Source of the DNA: Mariniflexile sp. HNIBRBA6329
Lineage (GTDB): Bacteria > Bacteroidota > Bacteroidia > Flavobacteriales > Flavobacteriaceae
Assembly (NCBI RefSeq): GCF_043558645.1
Contig: NZ_JBIFXS010000001.1
Span: 450,763 to 474,762 of the forward strand
Direction: 5' to 3'
Length of the DNA: 24,000 nucleotides
The notes below the pieces were generated by a model. That model did not search any database, was not told the DNA's origin, and saw only the letters and a program-made list of their open reading frames with translations. The position numbers and the translations under genes are program-made. Numbering within the stretch: the stretch's first letter is position 1; every line of letters starts with the position of its first letter. Below are positions 11,115 to 18,605 of this stretch, in pieces.

Positions 11115-12732
11115 AAAAAGAATTATAATTCCCGTTTTAGCGGGTGTTTTGTTTTTATCTACCACGGCTTTTAGAAACGATTTTTTTGAAATAGCGAAAC
11201 AAATAGAAATATTCACCACGCTTTTTAAAGAACTCAACATGAATTATGTAGATGATACCAATCCGGGCGACCTAATGGATACCGCCATAAAAAGCATGTT
11301 GGAAAACCTAGATCCCTACACCAATTTTATGAACGAACAGGATGTAGAGGCTGCCAGAATTAACAATACGGGCGATTATACGGGTATTGGTGCCAAAGTA
11401 AAGACCCTAAAAGATAAATTGGTAATTGTAGAGCCTTATAAAAACTATCCAGCAGATAAGGCTGGTTTAAAAGCGGGCGACGAAATTATAAAAGTTGGGA
11501 ACACCCTAATTGAAACCTACAAAGAAGATGCAGGCGAATTGCTAAAAGGCGCAACGGACACACCAGTAGAAGTAACCTATAAGCGCCAAGGAAAAACCCA
11601 AACCGCTACCATAAAACGTGCTGAAGTAGAGATAAAAGCAGTTCCGCACTTCTCTATGGTAAATAACAAAACCGGATATATTGTTTTAAGCCGCTTTAAT
11701 GATAAAGCCTCGGCCGAAACCAATTACGCTTTACGTGATTTAAAAGCCCAAGGAGCCGAACGTATTATTTTAGATTTACGTGGCAACCCTGGTGGTTTAC
11801 TTAACGAAGCCATAAATATTGTAAATCTGTTTATTCCAAAAGGGCAGTTGGTGGTTACCACAAAATCTAAGGTAAAAAAATACAATAAAACCTATTACAC
11901 CCAAAACGATGCCATTGATACCCAAATACCTTTGGTTATTTTAATTGATGGTAGTAGTGCATCAGCAAGCGAAATTGTTTCAGGTGCGTTACAAGATTTA
12001 GACCGCGCCGTTATTGTTGGCTCTAGAAGTTTTGGTAAAGGTTTGGTACAGCGCCCTAAAGAACTGGTTTATGGTACTCAGGTAAAAATTACCATTTCGC
12101 GTTATTACACGCCTTCTGGTAGATGTATACAGGCGTTGGATTATTGGCACAGAAATGAAAAAGGGGAGGCTGTAAGGGTAAAACAGGAAAATTATAACGA
12201 GTTTAAAACCAAAAACGGAAGAAAAGTATTTGATGGTGGTGGCGTATTTCCTGATGTGAGTTTTAATGGTACAAAAAATTCTTCCATCATAGACGCCATT
12301 GTTAATAACGATTTAATTTTCAATTACGCTACCAATTACTATTATAGTCACGATGTGAAAGACATTAACACTTTACAGCTTAACGATACCGATTTTTCAA
12401 ATTTTAAAAACTTTTTAAAGACCAATAATTTTTCTTTTGAAACGGAAACCGAAAAAGCCTTGAATAAAGCTTTTGAAGCCGCTAAAAATGATGATTTGGA
12501 TGATAACATCAAAACAGATTTCAATACGCTTATTAGCAACTTAAACAAGTCTAAAACCACTGTTATAGACGAAAATAAAACGTATTTATTAGAGTTGCTA
12601 ACTGAAGATATTGTAAAACGCTACGTATACCGAGAAGGTTTGTACGATTATTACAAAATACACGATAGTGAAATAAAAAAGGCAACCGAAATACTTGGAA
12701 ATCAATCGACATATTTAAGCTACTTAAAATAA
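11095..12732 (+). CDS. S41-family C-terminal processing (tail-specific) peptidase with PDZ domain
   Basis: 545-aa ORF with an N-terminal membrane anchor or signal. The PDZ region is PADKAGLKAGDEIIKVG. S41 motifs are LDLRGNPGGLL, IDGSSASASEIVSGALQD and GSRSFGKGLVQ. It overlaps the rnpA 3' end by 20 nt. Confidence 0.9.
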   Translation: MMNKLLKKRIIIPVLAGVLFLSTTAFRNDFFEIAKQIEIFTTLFKELNMNYVDDTNPGDLMDTAIKSMLENLDPYTNFMNEQDVEAARINNTGDYTGIGAKVKTLKDKLVIVEPYKNYPADKAGLKAGDEIIKVGNTLIETYKEDAGELLKGATDTPVEVTYKRQGKTQTATIKRAEVEIKAVPHFSMVNNKTGYIVLSRFNDKASAETNYALRDLKAQGAERIILDLRGNPGGLLNEAINIVNLFIPKGQLVVTTKSKVKKYNKTYYTQNDAIDTQIPLVILIDGSSASASEIVSGALQDLDRAVIVGSRSFGKGLVQRPKELVYGTQVKITISRYYTPSGRCIQALDYWHRNEKGEAVRVKQENYNEFKTKNGRKVFDGGGVFPDVSFNGTKNSSIIDAIVNNDLIFNYATNYYYSHDVKDINTLQLNDTDFSNFKNFLKTNNFSFETETEKALNKAFEAAKNDDLDDNIKTDFNTLISNLNKSKTTVIDENKTYLLELLTEDIVKRYVYREGLYDYYKIHDSEIKKATEILGNQSTYLSYLK

Positions 12733-12843
12733 AAATTGTTGTTTTTCAACCTATTGGAATAACTGTTGAACCTAAAAAGTTCGCAGCATGAATCAAAATT
12801 CATTAAAAATAGTATATTTATATCCAGTTCAACTACCTACTTT

Positions 12844-13710
12844 ATGAATAAACGGTTGGTTTTTTTATTAATATGGCTTCATTGTACACTGGTTTTTTCT
12901 CAAAAAGAACTAACACACGAAGTTTATTTTGATACCGATAAATTCGATATTATTCCAACAGAAGAAAGCCGTTTACTCCTTTTCATTTCAAACTTATCGG
13001 ATATTGATATTGAATCCATTTCTATTTTTGGTTTTTGCGACGATATTGGTGCCGATTCCTATAATTTAAAACTTTCACAAAATCGTGCTAATGCCATTAA
13101 AACCGTTTTTTCAAATAATGAAATTAGCGAAGATTTAATAAGTAACGTAGATGGTAAAGGCAAAATTTTATTAAAAATAGTTGAAGAAAAAAATGTTATT
13201 AAAATAAGAGGTTTAAACCGAAAAGTTGAAATAATAGTAAAACCGAAACCTTCAAAAAAAATAGAAGCGAAAGAAGAAGTAACAAAAGAAAAAGTGGTTG
13301 AAGAACCAAAAAAGAAAACAACACCCGAGCTACTTAGCGGCGATCTTAAAGTTGGCGATAAAATAGTGTTTGAAAACATTTTATTTAAAACTGGTTATAG
13401 CCAAGTAATGCCCGAATCTAAAAAAATATTAGAGGAAATTGCAAAAGTTTTGGTAGAACGAAAGGATATTTATTTTACCATTCAGGGGCATGTATGTTGT
13501 ACCCAAAACACAAGAGATGCAATTGATAGAAAAACAAAACTTCGCAACCTTTCTGAAGCACGCGCAGAATATATTTACGATTACTTTGCTAAAAAAGGGG
13601 TTGATAAAAAACGCATGCGCCATTTAGGGATGCGTCGAAAATTTCCACTTGGAGGCGATCCAAAATTTGATAGACGTGTAGAAATATTAATTACACATGT
13701 AGGTAAATAA
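12844..13710 (+). CDS. OmpA-family protein with two OmpA-like domains joined by a Lys/Glu-rich linker
   Basis: The ATG at 12844 gives a signal peptide (MNKRLVFLLIWLHCTLVFSQ). Domain 1 is VYFDTDKFDI...NLKLSQNRANAI...NRKVEI. Domain 2 is ILFKTGYSQV...LSEARAEYIYDYF...DRRVEILI. The track start (TTG at 12766) adds 26 non-signal residues. Confidence 0.8.
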   Translation: MNKRLVFLLIWLHCTLVFSQKELTHEVYFDTDKFDIIPTEESRLLLFISNLSDIDIESISIFGFCDDIGADSYNLKLSQNRANAIKTVFSNNEISEDLISNVDGKGKILLKIVEEKNVIKIRGLNRKVEIIVKPKPSKKIEAKEEVTKEKVVEEPKKKTTPELLSGDLKVGDKIVFENILFKTGYSQVMPESKKILEEIAKVLVERKDIYFTIQGHVCCTQNTRDAIDRKTKLRNLSEARAEYIYDYFAKKGVDKKRMRHLGMRRKFPLGGDPKFDRRVEILITHVGK

Positions 13711-13736
13711 TATTTTTTAATAATAGCTTAATAAAA

Positions 13737-14180
13737 TCACTTTTTAATCATTGCAATATGCGGAATATCATCTTCTAAATATTCATCACCAACTTCAATA
13801 AAACCACAGTTGTTATAAAAAGATTTTAAATGCGCTTGCGCGGAAATTTTTATTTTTTTCTCTTTAAAATGTGTTTCAATCGCCTCAATTGAAACCTTCA
13901 TTATATCATACCCATATTTAAAAGCACGTTCTTTTTTTGCCACTACAACCCTACCTATACTGGCAAATTCAAAATAATCACCTGGCTTAAAAACGCGTGT
14001 ATAAGCAATTATCTTTTCGTTTTTAAAACCTATAATATGAAGCGCTTTTTCATCTTTTCCATCAATATCTTGATATACACAATCTTGCTCAACTACAAAA
14101 ACCTCACTTCTTAGTTGCAAAACTCTGTAAAGTTCTTGAAGGCTTAGTTCTGAAAAGGTTTTTACTTGAGTTTTCAACAT
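13737..14180 (-). CDS. GNAT-family N-acetyltransferase (ElaA-like)
   Basis: 147-aa ORF. LYRVLQLRSEVFVVEQDCVYQDIDGKD resembles the ElaA N-terminus, and the core is GNAT-like (RVVVAKKERAFKYGYDIM...). Confidence 0.75.
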   Translation of the reverse strand: MLKTQVKTFSELSLQELYRVLQLRSEVFVVEQDCVYQDIDGKDEKALHIIGFKNEKIIAYTRVFKPGDYFEFASIGRVVVAKKERAFKYGYDIMKVSIEAIETHFKEKKIKISAQAHLKSFYNNCGFIEVGDEYLEDDIPHIAMIKK

Positions 14181-14240
14181 TGTTTTAATGAATATATTAT
14201 TAAGAATATGTTTCTATCTACAATATAAACAAATTAACAG

Positions 14241-14260
14241 ATTCCTGCTTTCGCAAGAAT
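14241..14260 (-). repeat. 20-nt hairpin repeat (copy A), acting as the 3' hairpin of the CDF gene
   Basis: The minus strand reads attcttgc-gaaa-gcaggaat: an 8-bp stem (one G.U in the RNA sense) with a GAAA loop. It starts 1 nt after the CDF stop codon (14262-14264). It matches the element at 17428-17447 at 19 of 20 positions. Confidence 0.6.
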
Positions 14261-14261
14261 C

Positions 14262-15179
14262 TTAATCTTGAACAATAATTTCTTTAGGATCGTTTTTATT
14301 GAATTCTGGTTGAATGGTTACATGGTTAATGTTGTACTTTTCATGTAAAACAGTTTCAATACTTCGCAATATCGTGTCAAATTCTGAAATAGAAACATCT
14401 TCTTTTAAATCTAAATGGGCTTCTAAATGCAATTCATAATCACTTAAATTCCAAATATGTACATGATGTAACTTTTTGACTTTTGGCAACGCATCAATAG
14501 TTTCAACCAAAGCTTGTATGTTTATGTTTTCTGGCGTGAATAACATAAGCATTTTAGTAGATGTTTTTAGTAAAAAATAACCCACCCAAATTAAATACAA
14601 CGCAATTAAAAAAGTAAGCACACTATCTACCCAAAACATTTGATAGTATTTCATCAACAAGCCACCAATAAGTACCGCAACACTTGCTAACATATCGGTT
14701 AATAAATGTACGTAGGCAGATTTTACATTAATGTTATGTTCAGAATCCTTTTTTAACAACAATACGCTCAAACCATTAAAAATAATAGCTAAAAGTGCTA
14801 ACCAAATAACTAAATTGGATTCTATTTCTTGTGGATTTTTAAAACGCTCTATAGCTTCTTTAATTAAAATTATTGCAACTATTATTAAAGTAGAAGCATT
14901 AACAAAAGCCGCTAAAATTTCAGCACGCTTATAGCCAAAGGTTTTATTTTCAGAAGCTTGCTTTTTGGAAATTTTAGAAGCTACATAACTTACTATTAAA
15001 GAAAGGACATCGCTAAAATTATGTAAGGCATCACTAAGTAATGATAAACTTCCAGAAATTAAACCACCTACTACTTGAGCTGCGGTAATAAATATGTTTA
15101 AAAGAATAGAAACCATAAGATTTTTATTCTTCTTATCATAATGATGTATATGATTATGGAAATGATGGTTATGCGCCAT
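14262..15179 (-). CDS. Cation diffusion facilitator (CDF) family metal efflux transporter (CzcD/ZitB-like)
   Basis: 305-aa ORF with six predicted TM segments. It has a His-rich N-terminus (MAHNHHFHNHIHHYD), LSDALHNFSD and HLLTDMLASV metal-site motifs, and a C-terminal cytoplasmic domain (HHVHIWNL...LEAHL). Confidence 0.9.
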   Translation of the reverse strand: MAHNHHFHNHIHHYDKKNKNLMVSILLNIFITAAQVVGGLISGSLSLLSDALHNFSDVLSLIVSYVASKISKKQASENKTFGYKRAEILAAFVNASTLIIVAIILIKEAIERFKNPQEIESNLVIWLALLAIIFNGLSVLLLKKDSEHNINVKSAYVHLLTDMLASVAVLIGGLLMKYYQMFWVDSVLTFLIALYLIWVGYFLLKTSTKMLMLFTPENINIQALVETIDALPKVKKLHHVHIWNLSDYELHLEAHLDLKEDVSISEFDTILRSIETVLHEKYNINHVTIQPEFNKNDPKEIIVQD

Positions 15180-15614
15180 TTAGCAAGAAACCGGAATTTT
15201 ATCTATACGCGTTTGATGCCTTCCACCTTCAAAATCTGTACTTAAAAAAACTTCAACCATTTCAATGGCTTGTTGTACTGCAGTAAATCGGGCTGGAATA
15301 CATAAAATATTAGCATTATTATGGCTACGGATAAGGTTTACAATTTCTTTATTCCAAGCTAAACCTGCTCTAATTTTTTGGTGCTTATTTGCAGTCATAG
15401 CGACACCATTGGCACTACCACAAATTAAAATACCAAAGTCTACTTTTTTATTAGCAACTTCTTCAGCAACGGGGTGTACAAAATCAGCATAATCAACACT
15501 ATCCATACTATCAGTGCCATAGTTATTAACAGTATAACCTTTTGATTCTAAGTACTTTAAAATAGCAAATTTATAATCAGTGCCCGCGTGGTCGTTTCCT
15601 ATAGAAATTTTCAT
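15180..15614 (-). CDS. rpiB: Ribose-5-phosphate isomerase B
   Basis: 144-aa ORF with MKISIGNDHAG and ILICGSANGVAMTANK, typical of the RpiB/LacAB family. Its stop codon directly abuts the CDF ATG (TAAATG). Confidence 0.9.
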   Translation of the reverse strand: MKISIGNDHAGTDYKFAILKYLESKGYTVNNYGTDSMDSVDYADFVHPVAEEVANKKVDFGILICGSANGVAMTANKHQKIRAGLAWNKEIVNLIRSHNNANILCIPARFTAVQQAIEMVEVFLSTDFEGGRHQTRIDKIPVSC

Positions 15615-15640
15615 TTTATATATATTAATGTATACTTATA

Positions 15641-15648
15641 CAAAGGTA
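15641..15648 (-). promoter_or_regulatory. Candidate -7 promoter box (TAccTTTG on the minus strand) for the rpiB-CDF operon
   Basis: The plus strand reads caaaggta, which is an exact TAnnTTTG on the minus strand. It ends 26 nt upstream of the rpiB ATG. Confidence 0.4.
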
Positions 15649-16137
15649 GCAATTATAAACAATGTGTATTAGTATATTCATTACTTGTTAATAAGTGTTA
15701 ATACTTTTTTAAAAGAAAAATATTGATATTCCATTTATTTTTCCAATCAAAAACTGAAAGATGATAACCAAAAATTTAACTCACTTTTTTTAGCTAAGTT
15801 TTAAGCTTTCAAAAGGACATATATAAACATCAATTTTAAAATATTTTTCAAAAATTAACAGTGTTTTTTAGTTGTTAACAACTGTTCATATAAAATTTAA
15901 ATGAGTTAAAAATGAACCTTTTAAATTAATATAACATGTTAATTAAGTTTTAATAGAATGTAAATTAATTGTAATCAAAATTAAATTTAAAAAAGTTATA
16001 CCGTTATTAACAAGCAATCATAATCATCATTTAATTTTTTAAATTTTAAAAAGAAAATAATAGTATTATATATAATGTGGATAAGTACATTTTAACATAT
16101 GATAACATTAAAAAAATACGATTTAATATATTAATTG

Positions 16138-16145
16138 TAGCTTTG
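16138..16145 (+). promoter_or_regulatory. Candidate -7 promoter box (TAgcTTTG) for rnr
   Basis: Exact TAnnTTTG match about 95 nt upstream of the rnr ATG at 16240. Confidence 0.35.
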
Positions 16146-16239
16146 TATAAAATAAATAGCAAACCTTCTCCTAAAATAACGCTATTTAATAACAGAATTT
16201 CCAGTATCTTAGGAAACGACTATGAATTACAAATATTAA

Positions 16240-18483
16240 ATGACAAGAAAGAAAAAAGGGAAATCCAAAAAAGGTATTTCCAACCTTACAAATACTATTT
16301 TAAGTATTTTAAAAAAAGATAGAAACCAAAGTTTTAACTACAAACAAATTGCTGCTAAATTAGATGTGAACGATGCCAGTAGCAGAAATCAAATTATAAA
16401 AAAATTAGCGGAACTTGCTGTAAAAAAGGAAATTGAAGAAGTAGAACGCGGCAAGTTTAAAGCAGTAATTACTACCGAATACCATATTGGAATTTTAGAT
16501 TTATCTGGAAAAGGAACCGGTTATATTATTAGTGAAGATTTTGATGATGATGTATTTATAGCATCAAACAATATAAATAAGGCCTTAAATGGTGATGAAG
16601 TAGAGTTTTACGTTTATAAACGTCGCCATCGTGGTAAGTTAGAAGGCGAAATTACCCAAGTTTTAAAACGTGAAAAAAGCGAATACGTTGGTACCATTCA
16701 AATTCATGAGAAAAAGAATTTTGCCTTTGTAGTAGCCGATAGCAATAAAATGTACAAAGATATTTTTGTACCTATCAATAAAATAAATAAGTCTGAAGAT
16801 GGTGATAAAGTATTGGTAAAACTTGAAGATTGGCCAGAAAAAGCCGATTCTCCTTATGGAAAAGTGATTCAAGTTCTTGGAAAACCAGGAGATCATAATA
16901 CCGAAATCCATTCTATTTTAGCTGAATATGGATTGCCTCACGAATTTCCTCATGAAGTTGAAGAATTTGCTAATAAAATAGATACTTCAATTACTAAAGA
17001 TGAAATTGCTAAACGTCGTGATATGCGTCAAGATTTAACCTTTACCATCGACCCAAAAGATGCAAAGGATTTTGACGATGCACTTTCTTTTAAAATATTA
17101 AAAAAAGGTTTGTATGAAATTGGTATTCATATTGCCGATGTATCGCATTATCTACAAGAAGGTACTGTGTTGGATGATGAAGCTTACGAGCGTGCTACAT
17201 CCATTTATTTGGTAGATAGGGTAGTACCTATGCTTCCAGAGGTATTATCGAATAACGCTTGTTCTTTACGTCCGCATGAAGAGAAATTAACCTTTTCCGC
17301 AGTGTTTCAAATGAATGATAAATGTGAGATTAAGAATGAATGGTATGGCAGAACGGTAACGTATAGTGATGCGCGTTTTGCTTATGAAGAAGCACAGGCC
17401 ATTATCGAAAATAATGTTGGTCTTGTCATTCCTGCGAAAGCAGGAATCCATAATTTAAACGAAATTAACATTGAAATTCCTCAAGAAGTTTCTCTAACCG
17501 GAAAATCATATAATACCCAACCGGAAATAGCCCAAGCCATTATAAAAATGGATGAGCTAGCAAAAAAAATGCGTGCAAAACGAATGATTTCTGGCGCTAT
17601 TTCGTTTGATAAAGTTGAAGTAAAGTTCGATTTAGACGAAAATGCAAACCCTGTAGGCGTGTTTTTTAAAACTAGTAAAGATGCCAATAAACTTATTGAA
17701 GAATTTATGTTATTGGCAAACCGAAAAGTATCGGAATTTGTTGGTAAAAAAGACCCTAAAAAGACCTTTGTTTACAGAATTCACGATGAACCAGACGATA
17801 GTAAACTTGCTAATTTACAAGGGATTGTTGCAAAATTTGGTTATAAATTAAATTTTAAAGACCGTAAAACAACATCGGCTTCGCTTAATTTTTTACTAAA
17901 GGAAGTAAATGGTAAAAAGGAACAAAATTTAGTAGATACTTTAGCAATTCGAAGTATGAGTAAAGCGGAATATTCTACCCATAACATAGGTCATTATGGA
18001 TTAGCGTTCGATTATTACAGTCATTTTACATCGCCTATTCGTCGTTATCCCGATGTGATGGCACATCGCTTGTTGCAGCATTATATAGATGGTGGAAAAT
18101 CAGCTAATGAAGATATTTACGAAGAAAAGTGCAACCATTCCAGTAACATGGAAAATTTGGCCACCAAAGCAGAACGTGATTCTATAAAATATATGCAGAT
18201 TAAATTCATGCAAGATCATAAAGATGAAGATTTTGTAGGTGTTATTTCAGGGGTTACCGATTGGGGCATTTATGTTGAAATTATTTCGAATAAGTGTGAA
18301 GGTATGGTTAGCGTTCGCGATATGAAAGACGATCATTACGCATTCGATCAAGAACAGTATGCTATGGTAGGTAGAAATAATAAAATTATGTACCAATTGG
18401 GAGATGAGGTTATTGTAAAAGTTAAAAACACCGATTTAGTTAAAAAGCATCTGGATTTCAACTTAATAGGAAAAAACGAATAA
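16240..18483 (+). CDS. rnr: Ribonuclease R (3'-5' exoribonuclease, RNase II/R family)
   Basis: 747-aa ORF. It has a Lys-rich N-terminus with an HTH-like segment, then cold-shock-like domains. RNB domain motifs are FTIDPKDAKDFDDALS, IHIADVSHY, SIYLVDRVVPMLPE and HYGLAFDYYSHFTSPIRRYPD. The C-terminal S1 domain is GVISGVTDWGIYVEI. Confidence 0.95.
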   Translation: MTRKKKGKSKKGISNLTNTILSILKKDRNQSFNYKQIAAKLDVNDASSRNQIIKKLAELAVKKEIEEVERGKFKAVITTEYHIGILDLSGKGTGYIISEDFDDDVFIASNNINKALNGDEVEFYVYKRRHRGKLEGEITQVLKREKSEYVGTIQIHEKKNFAFVVADSNKMYKDIFVPINKINKSEDGDKVLVKLEDWPEKADSPYGKVIQVLGKPGDHNTEIHSILAEYGLPHEFPHEVEEFANKIDTSITKDEIAKRRDMRQDLTFTIDPKDAKDFDDALSFKILKKGLYEIGIHIADVSHYLQEGTVLDDEAYERATSIYLVDRVVPMLPEVLSNNACSLRPHEEKLTFSAVFQMNDKCEIKNEWYGRTVTYSDARFAYEEAQAIIENNVGLVIPAKAGIHNLNEINIEIPQEVSLTGKSYNTQPEIAQAIIKMDELAKKMRAKRMISGAISFDKVEVKFDLDENANPVGVFFKTSKDANKLIEEFMLLANRKVSEFVGKKDPKKTFVYRIHDEPDDSKLANLQGIVAKFGYKLNFKDRKTTSASLNFLLKEVNGKKEQNLVDTLAIRSMSKAEYSTHNIGHYGLAFDYYSHFTSPIRRYPDVMAHRLLQHYIDGGKSANEDIYEEKCNHSSNMENLATKAERDSIKYMQIKFMQDHKDEDFVGVISGVTDWGIYVEIISNKCEGMVSVRDMKDDHYAFDQEQYAMVGRNNKIMYQLGDEVIVKVKNTDLVKKHLDFNLIGKNE
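17428..17447 (+). repeat. 20-nt hairpin repeat (copy B) embedded in-frame in rnr
   Basis: attcctgc-gaaa-gcaggaat is a perfect 8-bp stem with a GAAA loop. It is translated as IPAKAGI. It lies at the 5' end of a 48-nt segment bounded by direct repeats ATTCCT (17428-17433 and 17476-17481). Confidence 0.6.
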
Positions 18484-18486
18484 TTT

Positions 18487-18517
18487 AACCTGCAAGGTTT
18501 CTAAAACCTTGTAGGTT
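18487..18517 (+). terminator. Strong hairpin immediately after the rnr stop codon (putative terminator)
   Basis: aacctgcaaggtt (18487-18499) pairs with aaccttgtaggtt (18505-18517). The stem is 13 bp with one G.U in the plus-sense RNA and a 5-nt loop. No clear U-tract follows. Confidence 0.55.
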
Positions 18518-18605
18518 TAAATAGAAAAATGTTTACTAATTAAAAGTTAACAACGGAATAATTATTGATTATTTCCGTTCATATAAAAAATCATTTAAAA
18601 ATAAT

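Noticed and set aside
12766-12843. TTG-initiated 26-aa extension of the OmpA-family ORF
   Set aside because: The ATG at 12844 yields a normal signal peptide directly at the N-terminus. The extension would bury that signal peptide.
16076-16084. Perfect DnaA box (tgtggataa, equal to TTATCCACA on the minus strand) inside the long AT-rich spacer, raising the possibility of oriC
   Set aside because: There is only one perfect box plus one weak relative (tgtgtatta at 15664). There is no cluster and no dnaA or dnaN nearby. A single 9-mer match in 24 kb is not far from chance. A genome-wide GC-skew and DnaA-box cluster analysis would be needed to revive this idea.
16077-16322. 81-aa ORF in the AT-rich region that overlaps the rnr start
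   Set aside because: Its composition is Lys/Asn/Ile/Tyr-rich, as expected from translating ~20% G+C DNA. It has no motifs and overlaps the well-supported rnr N-terminus in another frame. It also contains the likely rnr promoter box.
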